Shown here piece by piece: positions 17,959 to 26,318 of a DNA stretch of 31,174 nucleotides. This DNA is from Actinomycetota bacterium (GTDB taxonomy: Bacteria > Actinomycetota > CADDZG01 > WHSQ01). Within the stretch, counting starts at the first letter, position 1. The number at the start of each line of letters is the position of its first letter. The stretch lies in contig JBKJZQ010000129.1 in the NCBI GenBank assembly GCA_046715095.1, positions 1 to 31,174 of the forward strand. The letters run 5' to 3'. The notes below the pieces were generated by a model. That model ran no database searches. It was not told the DNA's origin and was given only the letters and a program-made list of their open reading frames with translations. Position numbers and translations under genes: made by a program.

Positions 17959-20900
17959 ATGGGTCTCAGCGTGTCTGGGGAGGGGCAAACCTCCTCGATC
18001 TCCACAACCGAGGGACCTCGGGGAGCGCTCGAGCGCTCCCTGGTCGACTCGTACCGGAAATTAGCTCGCCTCATCGGCCACCTTCTGTCCGAACAGAGCC
18101 TCGATTCCCTCCTCGATGAGGTTGCCGGCGCCCTCGAAGGCCTCGTTCCCTACGACTCCCTGACGATCTATCAAGCGGACGAAACGACCCGTCTCCTCAC
18201 GCCCGTCTACGCTCGAGACCAGTGGGCGGAGGAGGTCCTCGCCAGCTCGATGCCCTTCGGTCACGGCATCACCGGCTGGGCGGTGGAACACCGCGAGCCG
18301 GTGATGACCAACGTCGCGCATCTCGATCCCCGCGCGGAGATGGTCCCGGGCACGCCGATCGAACCGGAGGCCCTGATCACGGTCCCGTTGATCTCGCGCG
18401 AGAAGATCAAGGGTGCGCTGAACCTCTATCGCATCGGAGAGCATGCCCACTTCAGCTCGATCGAACTGGAGCTAGCGCGTTGTTTCGCCGACGCGGCCGC
18501 GCTGGCGATCGACAATGCGGAGATACGCGTTGCGCTCGAGCACCAGGCTCAGACCGATGCACTCACCGGCCTCTACAACCACCGTTTCTTCCACGAGCGA
18601 CTCAAGGCAGAACTCGTGCGCGCCGGCAGGGTGAGCGACACCGTGGCTCTCATGGTGTTCGATCTCGATGATTTCAAGCGGGTCAACGACATCTACGGCC
18701 ATGGACTCGGAGACCATGTCCTCCAGACCCTGGGAGAAGTGCTTCGCACGCTGATTCGAGGATCGGATATCGCTTGCCGGGTAGGAGGCGAAGAGTTCGC
18801 CGTGATCCTCCCATCATGCGACGCCGGTGATGCTCTCGGGCTCGCCCGGAGGTTGTCGGACCGGCTTGCGGCCATCGACTTCGATCCTGCAGGGCGGATC
18901 TCCGTATCCATCGGGATAGCACAGGGGCCGCAGCACGCCGCCAACCCGCGCGAGCTCGTGGCTTGCGCGGAGGCGGCGATGATGACGGCGAAATCGCGCG
19001 GGAAGGCCCGAGCCGTCCTCTTCGAGGAGGGAGAGACCGAGCGGCCCCGGGGATCAGCCCGCGTTGATGATGTCCGCTCGATAGCCTACTTGAAGATGCT
19101 TCAGAGTTTGTCGGGAAAGCTGAACCGCTTAACTGAAGTCAAACAGATCGGGGATGCGATCACGTCGGAGTTGAGAACGCTGATCGACTACCACGACTGC
19201 CGTGTCTACCTTGCCGAGGAAGATCGTTTGATCCCGGTCTCCTGGCGCGGAGAGCTCCCCGAGGGCCATCACCCCTTTGAGTATGTGTTCATGTCGGGCG
19301 AAGGCATCGTGGGCAGAACCCTCCAGTCGGGAAGACCACAGCTGGTTGCCGATGTCTTCGATTGCAACTTTGCGGCCATCCCGACCGAGGGCAAGCAGGG
19401 CCCCCGCTCGGTCATCAGCGTTCCACTGACCTTCGGCGTGCGGGTCGTCGGAGTCCTGGCTCTGTCCAAGCTGGGAACGGGGCAATTCGACGCCGACGAT
19501 GTCAGGTTGCTGGAGGTTCTGGCCGGACACGCATCGGTCGCGTTGGAGAACGCCCGGATGTACGAGGAACAGCGACGGGACGCCGAAAGGTCGAGGGCAC
19601 TGCTCGAGTTCGCGGACCGCGCGGCGAAGGCGGAGTCCTTCCACGAGATCGGTAACGAGACCGCCGCCATGGCTCGGCGTCTGCTCGATGTCGACCAGGC
19701 CGCGCTGTGGGTGCAGGACGAGCGATCTGGCGAGTTCCGCTGCACCGCGCACTCGGGGTTGGTCGGGGATCCCTCTGGAGAACAGATGATCCGGACGCGC
19801 ATCGACCGGGCCGAGGGCGAGAGGCTCCTCGAACACCTGAAGGCGCCGGTTTTCATGTCGCCGGATGAGGTGAGGCAGCACATCAAGGTCGATGCTCCGT
19901 TCCGCCCGGCCGCGATCGCTCCGCTCAACTCGGCGAACGGCCTGATCGGCTGGATCGTCGCCCGCGAGCCGACGTCGCGCTCCTCTCACTTCACCGAAGA
20001 ACGTCTACGGCTGTTCGCCTCACTCGCGTCGCACGCGTCCATCGCGATGCAGAAGTCTCTGGTGTACCGCGACCAGAAGGAGACCGCCGAGATCGCTCAA
20101 GCTCTCCTCGAGTTCGGCAGCGAGCTTGCCAGAGTGGAGGGCCTCGATGAGGTACTCGAGCGTTCGGTCGAGATGGCAGCGCGTCAGCTCGGCGCTCCGA
20201 ACTCCTCCATCTGGATCCAGCACACGACCGGAGGGGACCTGTTGCCGGCGGCATCACACGGCCTCCACCAACGAGAGAAGTCTGTGCTGGAGGCAACGGT
20301 CATCGAAGGGGCGGTGGCGGAGAAGTACCTCGGCCGCGCGTTCCCCTTCGTCCTGCACATGAAGGACATCGAGGCGATGGGTGTGGACTCTAGTGTGGTC
20401 AGATCGTCCCTTGCCGTGGCACCGATGAGACTGGATGGGGCGCGTCACGCAGCGATCGCGGTCGCTGCACCGGTACTGGGTGAGTACGAGTTCTCCGACC
20501 GGAAGATGCGCTTGCTCGCGGGGATCGCGAACCAGCTTCAGCTGGCTATCAACAACGCGCTCGGATTCGACAACATGGAGCAGACGTTCCTCGACACCGT
20601 CGAGGCGCTTGCCAACGCCCTTGAAGCGAAGGACGAGTACACGTCCGATCACGCCAGGTGGATCACCGATGCGGCCCTCCTCGTAGGCGCGAAGCTGGGC
20701 ATGGACACGCAGAGCCTGAAGCGCCTCGAGCTGGGAGCCCTGTTCCACGACATCGGCAAGATCGGGATCCCGACCGACATCCTGCGGAAGCCCGGACCCC
20801 TCAACGACGAGGAGTGGGAGATCATCAAGACGCATCCGGTGCTCGGGGAGCGGATCCTTGCTCCGATCGCGAGGCTCGCCGACGTTCGCCCGATCGTGCG

Positions 20901-21159
20901 AGCCTGCCACGAGCATTGGGACGGGGAGGGATATCCAGACCGGAAGAAGGGTATCGATATCCCTCTCGAATCCCGGATCATCCTGGTGGTTGACGCGTTC
21001 CACGCGATGACCACCGATCGTCCCTACCGCAACACGCTCTCATTGGCAGAGGCCAAGAGCCGCTTGCTCGGTGGCTCGGACGAAGAGTTCGACCCCACGG
21101 TCGTAGAAACCTTCATGGCTATTCTGGGCGAGCATCCGGAGCTGGCGCACCCCCAGTAG
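17959..21159 (+). CDS. GAF-GGDEF-GAF-GAF-GAF-HD-GYP c-di-GMP cyclase/phosphodiesterase hybrid
   Basis: QTDALTGLYNHR; RGSD I-site; GGEEF (18784-18798); LFHDIGKIG; HEHWDGEGYP; four GAF-like segments ending in LA...A.A..N/Q. Confidence 0.93.
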   Translation: MGLSVSGEGQTSSISTTEGPRGALERSLVDSYRKLARLIGHLLSEQSLDSLLDEVAGALEGLVPYDSLTIYQADETTRLLTPVYARDQWAEEVLASSMPFGHGITGWAVEHREPVMTNVAHLDPRAEMVPGTPIEPEALITVPLISREKIKGALNLYRIGEHAHFSSIELELARCFADAAALAIDNAEIRVALEHQAQTDALTGLYNHRFFHERLKAELVRAGRVSDTVALMVFDLDDFKRVNDIYGHGLGDHVLQTLGEVLRTLIRGSDIACRVGGEEFAVILPSCDAGDALGLARRLSDRLAAIDFDPAGRISVSIGIAQGPQHAANPRELVACAEAAMMTAKSRGKARAVLFEEGETERPRGSARVDDVRSIAYLKMLQSLSGKLNRLTEVKQIGDAITSELRTLIDYHDCRVYLAEEDRLIPVSWRGELPEGHHPFEYVFMSGEGIVGRTLQSGRPQLVADVFDCNFAAIPTEGKQGPRSVISVPLTFGVRVVGVLALSKLGTGQFDADDVRLLEVLAGHASVALENARMYEEQRRDAERSRALLEFADRAAKAESFHEIGNETAAMARRLLDVDQAALWVQDERSGEFRCTAHSGLVGDPSGEQMIRTRIDRAEGERLLEHLKAPVFMSPDEVRQHIKVDAPFRPAAIAPLNSANGLIGWIVAREPTSRSSHFTEERLRLFASLASHASIAMQKSLVYRDQKETAEIAQALLEFGSELARVEGLDEVLERSVEMAARQLGAPNSSIWIQHTTGGDLLPAASHGLHQREKSVLEATVIEGAVAEKYLGRAFPFVLHMKDIEAMGVDSSVVRSSLAVAPMRLDGARHAAIAVAAPVLGEYEFSDRKMRLLAGIANQLQLAINNALGFDNMEQTFLDTVEALANALEAKDEYTSDHARWITDAALLVGAKLGMDTQSLKRLELGALFHDIGKIGIPTDILRKPGPLNDEEWEIIKTHPVLGERILAPIARLADVRPIVRACHEHWDGEGYPDRKKGIDIPLESRIILVVDAFHAMTTDRPYRNTLSLAEAKSRLLGGSDEEFDPTVVETFMAILGEHPELAHPQ

Positions 21160-21160
21160 G

Positions 21161-22204
21161 TCAGGCGAACAGGGTGAGGAACCGGTCGATCCCGAGGTTC
21201 CCTCCGGAGACGACGACCCCAACCTTTTGTCTTGCGTCTCGTCGAGACGACCCGCTTAGTCTTGCGTCTCGTCGAGACGACCCGCTTAGTCTCGCGTCCC
21301 GTCGAGACGACCCGCTCCTTCTTCCGGCGACGTCGACCTTTCCGGCCAGGATCGCAGCGAGGGCCGCGGCACCGGAAGGTTCGGCAACGGTCTTCATCCG
21401 TTCGAAGAGGAATGCCATTGCTCCGACGATCTCGGCATCGCTTACGAGGACGATGTCGTCCACCTTCGCCTTGATCACCTCGAAGGTGATCTCGCCGGGC
21501 GTCTCCACCTGTTGCCCGTCGGCGATCGTGCGCGGGACGTCGATCGACACCCGGTGACCGGCTTGAAGGGACCGCTTCGTGTCGTCTCCGGCTTCTGGTT
21601 CGACTCCGATAACCGAAGTGGACCTCGAAAGAGAGCGAGCCACCGTCGCGCACCCCGAGATCAGCCCGCCTCCTCCGACGGGAACGACCAGGATGTCGAG
21701 GTCGGGAACCTCCTCGAGCATCTCCAGGGCAACCGTTCCCTGCCCGGCGATGATGGTCGGATCGTCGTAGGGATGGATAAGGGTGAGGCCCCGTTCCTCC
21801 GCCAGCCTGTTCCCCAGTTCGGTCCGGTTCTCTCTGTACCGGTTGTACGTGATCACCTCGGCCCCGTATCCGTGCGTGGCGGCGAGCTTGACCTCGGGAG
21901 CGTCCTCCGGCATCAGGATCGTCGCGGTCGTACCGGCTATCCGGGCCGACAGCGCCACGGCCTGGGCGTGGTTGCCGGACGAGAAGGTGGTAACCCCTCG
22001 GCCCAGTTCCTCGGGGGACAGCGTCGATATCTTGTTGAACGCCCCTCTGAACTTGAACGCTCCACAACGCTGCAGGTTCTCGGCCTTCAGGAACAGATGC
22101 GCACCGACTGCCTCGTCGAGCGCTGTCGATGTGAGTAGGGGAGTCCGGTGGGCGACGCCGTCCAGCCGACGCGACGCGTCGCGGACGTCCTCCAGCTCGA
22201 TCAC
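21161..22204 (-). CDS. PLP-dependent threonine/serine dehydratase-family enzyme (hydroxyaspartate ammonia-lyase/serine racemase-like, no ACT domain) with a ~30-aa repeat insertion
   Basis: KAENLQRCGAFKFRGA (PLP lysine), SSGNHAQ, VPVGGGGLISG, EPSGA and VVSGGN motifs. Confidence 0.9.
   Translation of the reverse strand: MIELEDVRDASRRLDGVAHRTPLLTSTALDEAVGAHLFLKAENLQRCGAFKFRGAFNKISTLSPEELGRGVTTFSSGNHAQAVALSARIAGTTATILMPEDAPEVKLAATHGYGAEVITYNRYRENRTELGNRLAEERGLTLIHPYDDPTIIAGQGTVALEMLEEVPDLDILVVPVGGGGLISGCATVARSLSRSTSVIGVEPEAGDDTKRSLQAGHRVSIDVPRTIADGQQVETPGEITFEVIKAKVDDIVLVSDAEIVGAMAFLFERMKTVAEPSGAAALAAILAGKVDVAGRRSGSSRRDARLSGSSRRDARLSGSSRRDARQKVGVVVSGGNLGIDRFLTLFA
21229..21316. repeat. three tandem 30-nt palindrome-containing units, in frame within the dehydratase gene
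   Basis: Unit gtcttgcgtctcgtcgagacgacccgctta (two exact copies, third with 2 substitutions); core cgtctcg-t-cgagacg; encodes (SGSSRRDARL)x3. Confidence 0.95.
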
Positions 22205-22207
22205 GGT

Positions 22208-22711
22208 TTAAACGGGCTTGAACTGTTCGAAGGGGTTGCGGCAGTCGGCGCAGTAATAGAGGGCGCGGCATGGGGTCGGGCCGAACGGGTTCTCGTTCTG
22301 GGTGTTGGTGCTGCCGCAGAACGGACATGTCGCCACCTGGGGAAGGCCGATCTGGGTGATGAGCACCTGCTCTCCGTCCGCCGGAGGAGCGAGTCCGAAA
22401 TCCTTCAGCTTCCTGCGGCCATCCTCGGTGATCCTTGCGGTGGTCCAGGGAGGGCTGAACGTGGTCTCCACCGAGGCCTCCTCGATCCCATCGACCGCCT
22501 CGACCGCGGCCCTGACATCGGAGACGATCATCGAGATCGCCGGACACCCACTGAAGGTGGGAAGCACGATGATGCTGGCGTGAGCGCCGTCCGTGGTGAC
22601 CTTTTCGATCATGCCCATTTCGACCACGGACACCGCCGGGATCTCGGGATCGGGAACTCCGGCGAGGGCGTCCCAGATCGCGTCCTCGAGGACCCGCGTC
22701 GGAGCTACCAC
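22208..22711 (-). CDS. paaD: phenylacetyl-CoA 1,2-epoxidase subunit D
   Basis: VPDPEIPAVSVVEMG, PTFSGCPA, PPWTT, GLAPP, CPFCGS and CRALYYCADCRNPFEQFK motifs. Confidence 0.93.
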   Translation of the reverse strand: MVAPTRVLEDAIWDALAGVPDPEIPAVSVVEMGMIEKVTTDGAHASIIVLPTFSGCPAISMIVSDVRAAVEAVDGIEEASVETTFSPPWTTARITEDGRRKLKDFGLAPPADGEQVLITQIGLPQVATCPFCGSTNTQNENPFGPTPCRALYYCADCRNPFEQFKPV

Positions 22712-23553
22712 GATGCACCCGGATTGGCCCGGTAGGTCGACGTCATCTCATCCCACAAGGGGGTGAAGCTGTCCGAATGACGGCCCGCTCGGCCCCCGAG
22801 GCCTACGGTGGGAGCCCCGGTCCCGGCCGAACCGTTCTGATCCTGCGCCGCACCTTCGATCAGATCCCCCGATGAGGACGCGACGAACTCGGCGGCGCGG
22901 TCGTCGACCGCCCGGACCTCGGTCGGCAGGCCCATCCCGTCGAGGGCCTCGGCCGCCTTGGTGACGAACCTGGACCTCATCTCTTCGGAGGGAACGGGAA
23001 GCCACCCGGCTTCGACCGCGGCGTCCTCGAGCTCGAGCGGCTCGAAGATCCCGGTCGCGTCGGTGAACGCCTCGGACATTGAATCGATCAAGCGTGCGCG
23101 GCCTTCGACCGGCCCCTTCGAAACGCGCTGGAGCCAGGAGTCCGCGTGCAGCAGGTGGTAGCGCTCTTCCCGGCGGAGCTTGGTCGCGATCGCACTCAGC
23201 TCTTCGTGCGATGAGCTTTCGAGCGCCTCGAGCCGGATGTCATCGGCATGGTCGTAGAGCCAGTGCCGCGCAAGCGTGTACGCCCAGTTCCCGTTGGGGC
23301 GCTCGCAGATGAGCGCGTTCCGGTACTCGGACGGCTCGCGCCCCAGCGCGATGTGGTCCGGCTCGTCGCCGGTGAGCTTCGCTATCAGCGAGTAGAACGC
23401 GGACGCGTGGCCGATCTCGTCCTGCGCGATCGAGGAGAACGCGACGTCCTCTTCGATATGAGGAGCGTGGCCCGTCCATTCCGAATGCCGGTGGCCGAGG
23501 ATCAGCTCGTCGTCGGCGAGGGCGGTCAGGAGAGAGATCAGCGGGGCGTTCAT
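22705..23553 (-). CDS. paaC: phenylacetyl-CoA 1,2-epoxidase subunit C
   Basis: LADDELILGHR.SEWTGHAPHIEED, QDEIGHA, EERYH and PGASW motifs. Start at ATG23553 (GAAGGGG Shine-Dalgarno); an in-frame alternative at 23610 lies inside the repeat. Confidence 0.93.
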   Translation of the reverse strand: MNAPLISLLTALADDELILGHRHSEWTGHAPHIEEDVAFSSIAQDEIGHASAFYSLIAKLTGDEPDHIALGREPSEYRNALICERPNGNWAYTLARHWLYDHADDIRLEALESSSHEELSAIATKLRREERYHLLHADSWLQRVSKGPVEGRARLIDSMSEAFTDATGIFEPLELEDAAVEAGWLPVPSEEMRSRFVTKAAEALDGMGLPTEVRAVDDRAAEFVASSSGDLIEGAAQDQNGSAGTGAPTVGLGGRAGRHSDSFTPLWDEMTSTYRANPGASW

Positions 23554-23666
23554 GCTGTCCCCTTCGCGGCGGGCGTGCTGCGCAGGCGCAGTGTGTTTTG
23601 ACTCGCTCATGCTGTTCCCTTCGCGGCGGGCGTGCTGCGCAGGTGGGTGTGTTTTGACTCGCTCAT
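23551..23666 (-). repeat. tandem pair of the MIRU-like element (56-nt and 57-nt units; copies 2 and 3)
   Basis: atgagcgagtcaaaacacac...ctgcgcagcacgcccgccgcgaaggg(a/g)acagc repeated twice. Unit A encodes MSESKHTHLRSTPAAKGTA with ATGA overlaps at both ends; unit B is in frame with paaC. Confidence 0.9.
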
Positions 23667-23962
23667 GTCTGGTGTTCGATCTCCCGAGCCCGCACGAGGG
23701 CCTTCTCGCGTTTCTGGATCACGTCGCGATAAGCGGAGGCGAACCGGTAGCTCTTGTCCGCGGCGATCTCGAGGATCGATTCGTCCTTGAACGAGTGCAC
23801 ATCGCTCCGGCGGACGACCCACAGATGGTCGCCCTCACGACGCCTCACGAAGCACTCCTTCGCCATCATCAAGGCCATGTCGGGATCCGGTGCGATCACC
23901 GCGCCGGCGTGCTCGAACGGGTCCTTGTGCCCCGAGCGTCGGAAGACCTCATAGATCTCCAT
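23663..23962 (-). CDS. paaB: phenylacetyl-CoA 1,2-epoxidase subunit B
   Basis: MEIYEVFRR, HAGAVIAPDPDMAL, RRREG..LWVVR and DKSYR motifs; start at 23962, not the ORF-track 24349. Confidence 0.92.
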   Translation of the reverse strand: MEIYEVFRRSGHKDPFEHAGAVIAPDPDMALMMAKECFVRRREGDHLWVVRRSDVHSFKDESILEIAADKSYRFASAYRDVIQKREKALVRAREIEHQT

Positions 23963-23964
23963 CG

Positions 23965-24888
23965 CTAGGCGACGTGGATAGCGGGCTCGGCCATGGTTTC
24001 GCGCACCCACCGGTGATCGTCGTACATCTGCTTCCGCCACGCGAGCCGGCGCTCGGTCTCGGGTCCCTCGTTCTTCTTGATCGAGTCGAGAGGTCCCCAG
24101 TCGATGTCCTCCTCGTTGAGCAGCCAGTGGCCCGAGGACTCGTCGTGGAAGGGCGTGGGGGTTGGAAGCGTGAAGCCCAGCTCGAAGATCTTCGGCACGT
24201 AGCGGTCGAGGAATTCCTGCCTCAGATCCTCGTTCGTCCGGGTCTTGACCTTCCAGCGAAGCAACAGGTCTTTCTCGACGTTCGAGCGGGGGCCGAAGAA
24301 GTGGATGATCGCCAGCCACCACCGGTCGAGGGCGTCCTGGAACATCCACCTCTGGTGATCCGTCCCGGACGCCAGTTCGAGCGTGATGTCTTCACCGTGA
24401 CGAAGGTGGAGCTGCTCTTCCGCGCAGATCCGCTTCAGCACGCGCGTGTAGGGGGCGTAGGACGATTCCCTGAGCGCCGCCTGGGTGACGAGAGCGGCAC
24501 CGTCTATGAGCCAGCCGATGAGAGCGACGTCGCCCCAGTGGTGAACGGGGTAGTGGAAGACGTTGTGGAACTTGGATCTGCCGTTGATGAGGTCCGCGTA
24601 CATCGCCTCACGGCTCTTGCCGAGGTCCTCCGCGACGCGGTAGAGGAGCTGTGCGTGCCCGACCTCGTCCTGGATCTTCGCCGCGAGCGACATCTTCCGT
24701 CGCAGCGAAGGAGCGCTCGGGAGACGCTCGCGCTCGGGGAGAGCGCCCATGATCTCGGAGTTGGCGTGCATCTCGATGAACTTGAGGACGCCGCGCCGGT
24801 AGTCGTCGGGCATCCAGTCCTCCGTCTCGACCTTCCCACCCTCTTCGATCTTTGCGTTGAATCGGGCCAGCTTCTCTTCGTAGGTCAC
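23965..24888 (-). CDS. paaA: phenylacetyl-CoA 1,2-epoxidase catalytic subunit A
   Basis: KVETEDWMPDDYR, APSLRRK, KIQDEVGH and RICAEE.LH di-iron ligand motifs. Confidence 0.95.
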   Translation of the reverse strand: MTYEEKLARFNAKIEEGGKVETEDWMPDDYRRGVLKFIEMHANSEIMGALPERERLPSAPSLRRKMSLAAKIQDEVGHAQLLYRVAEDLGKSREAMYADLINGRSKFHNVFHYPVHHWGDVALIGWLIDGAALVTQAALRESSYAPYTRVLKRICAEEQLHLRHGEDITLELASGTDHQRWMFQDALDRWWLAIIHFFGPRSNVEKDLLLRWKVKTRTNEDLRQEFLDRYVPKIFELGFTLPTPTPFHDESSGHWLLNEEDIDWGPLDSIKKNEGPETERRLAWRKQMYDDHRWVRETMAEPAIHVA

Positions 24889-24890
24889 CC

Positions 24891-25481
24891 TCAGGCCTCC
24901 AGTCCCCTTAGAACCAGCTCCGCGAACTTCTTACCGATCTCTGTTGTGCCCAGCTCGCCACCGGGCCGGTACCACGCGTAGGTCCAGTTACCTGCGGACA
25001 ACACCAGCGTGGCCGCGAAACGAACGTCGGCATCACCCCGGAACTCTCGTGCCGCGACACCCTCTTCGATGATCAGCCTCACGATCTGCTCGTACCGATC
25101 GCGCTTCGTCTGGATCATCGCGCGAGGCTCTTCGGACAGGTAGCGCCACTCGTTGAGGAACACGATGGCGGCATCGAGGTGAAGGGTGGCGGTCTCGATG
25201 TGTCCCACGAGGAGCCTCTGGAGCTTCACCCTGGCAAACGCATCCGAGGCGAGGACCTCTTCGGCGCGAGCGAGGAATAGGTTGGCGCCGGAGTCGACCA
25301 CATCGAACAGCAGTTCTTCCTTCGAGCCGATGTGAGCGTAGAGCGACCCTCGCTGGAGCCCCAGCGCATCGCCGAGATGCTGCATCGACGTCCCGTGATA
25401 GCCGCGCGCCGAGAACAGGGTCGCCGCGGCCGACACCATCTCTTCCCGCCGAGCCCCTCGCGGCCTGGCTGCCGTCTGCAA
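24891..25481 (-). CDS. TetR-family repressor (PaaR/KstR2-like) heading the paa operon
   Basis: AATLFSARGYHGTSM...GSLYAHIGSKEELL helix-turn-helix; TTG25481 after AGGGGGG; 2-nt gap to paaA. Confidence 0.9.
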   Translation of the reverse strand: MQTAARPRGARREEMVSAAATLFSARGYHGTSMQHLGDALGLQRGSLYAHIGSKEELLFDVVDSGANLFLARAEEVLASDAFARVKLQRLLVGHIETATLHLDAAIVFLNEWRYLSEEPRAMIQTKRDRYEQIVRLIIEEGVAAREFRGDADVRFAATLVLSAGNWTYAWYRPGGELGTTEIGKKFAELVLRGLEA

Positions 25482-25523
25482 TGGGTCCCCCCTGGGATGA
25501 GATCGGATGAGATCGGTCGAAAA

Positions 25524-25569
25524 CAAACGATTGTTTGGTTAGCGTACCCGGGGCGGTCCCGGGGCGCAA
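25524..25569 (-). promoter_or_regulatory. paa promoter with an overlapping palindromic TetR operator
   Basis: -35 TTGCGC (25569-25564), 17-nt spacer, -10 TACGCT (25546-25541); operator CAAAC-AATC-GTTTG (25537-25524) covers the predicted start site. Confidence 0.7.
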
Positions 25570-25592
25570 CCCGGCCTCGCTATCCTTCGGTC

Positions 25593-26318
25593 GTGCCGCC
25601 CGATAGGAACGCCCCCGCCAAGGACCGGACAGGCACGATCATCAAGGGTCTGGCCAAGGCGTACCCGGATGCCACGATCGCCCTGAACTTCTCGAGCCCG
25701 CTCGAGTGCGTGGTCTCGACGGTTCTGTCGGCCCAGTCGACCGACGTCAAGGTTAACGAGGTCACGAAGTCGCTCTTCAAGAAGTACCGGAAGCCGGAGG
25801 ACTACCTCAAGGTCCCGGAAGAGGAGCTTCAGGAGGACATCCACGCCACCGGCTTCTTCCGCCAGAAAACCCGTGCGCTCCGGGGGTTGTCACAGAAGCT
25901 GCTCGACGACTTCGACGGTGAGGTGCCGGGAACCATCGCGGAGCTGATCCAACTCCCCGGAGTGGCGCGCAAGACCGCCAACGTCGTTCAATCGAACTGT
26001 TTCCCGGACGAGCTCGCCAACGACCCCGACGCCGGCATCGTCGTCGACACGCACGTCGGACGACTCGCGGTGCGTCTCGGGCTGACCGACAAGGGCCCCA
26101 AGGACGCCGAGAAGGTCGAGGCCGATCTCCTCGCGCTCGTTCCCAAGAAGCAGTGGTCGAGGATCTCCTACCTGTTGATCGATCACGGACGGACCGTCTG
26201 CCTTGCGAAGAAGCCGTTGTGTGGCGATTGCCCGATCGAACCTCTCTGTCCTTCGAGCCAGGAGGCGGGCGAGCCGGATCTGTACCGCGTCGCGGCCGGG
26301 AAGCCACGAAGTAAGTGA
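25593..26318 (+). CDS. nth: endonuclease III
   Basis: LPGVARKTANVV HhH motif; VDTHV; C-x6-C-x2-C-x5-C Fe-S motif; GTG25593 is 6 nt after TATCCT (probably leaderless). Confidence 0.95.
   Translation: MPPDRNAPAKDRTGTIIKGLAKAYPDATIALNFSSPLECVVSTVLSAQSTDVKVNEVTKSLFKKYRKPEDYLKVPEEELQEDIHATGFFRQKTRALRGLSQKLLDDFDGEVPGTIAELIQLPGVARKTANVVQSNCFPDELANDPDAGIVVDTHVGRLAVRLGLTDKGPKDAEKVEADLLALVPKKQWSRISYLLIDHGRTVCLAKKPLCGDCPIEPLCPSSQEAGEPDLYRVAAGKPRSK

Noticed and set aside
21229-23666. CRISPR interpretation of the two tandem repeats
   Set aside because: Units abut with no unique spacers, and no cas genes are present.
24720-24745. PaaA ERERLPS where homologs often have an aromatic residue (EREW)
   Set aside because: Single substitution judged from memory; the di-iron ligands are intact, so there is no evidence of inactivation.
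25495-25514. GGATGAGATC direct repeat in the TetR leader
   Set aside because: Two copies of 10 nt, most simply a slippage duplication; the palindromic operator nearby explains regulation better.
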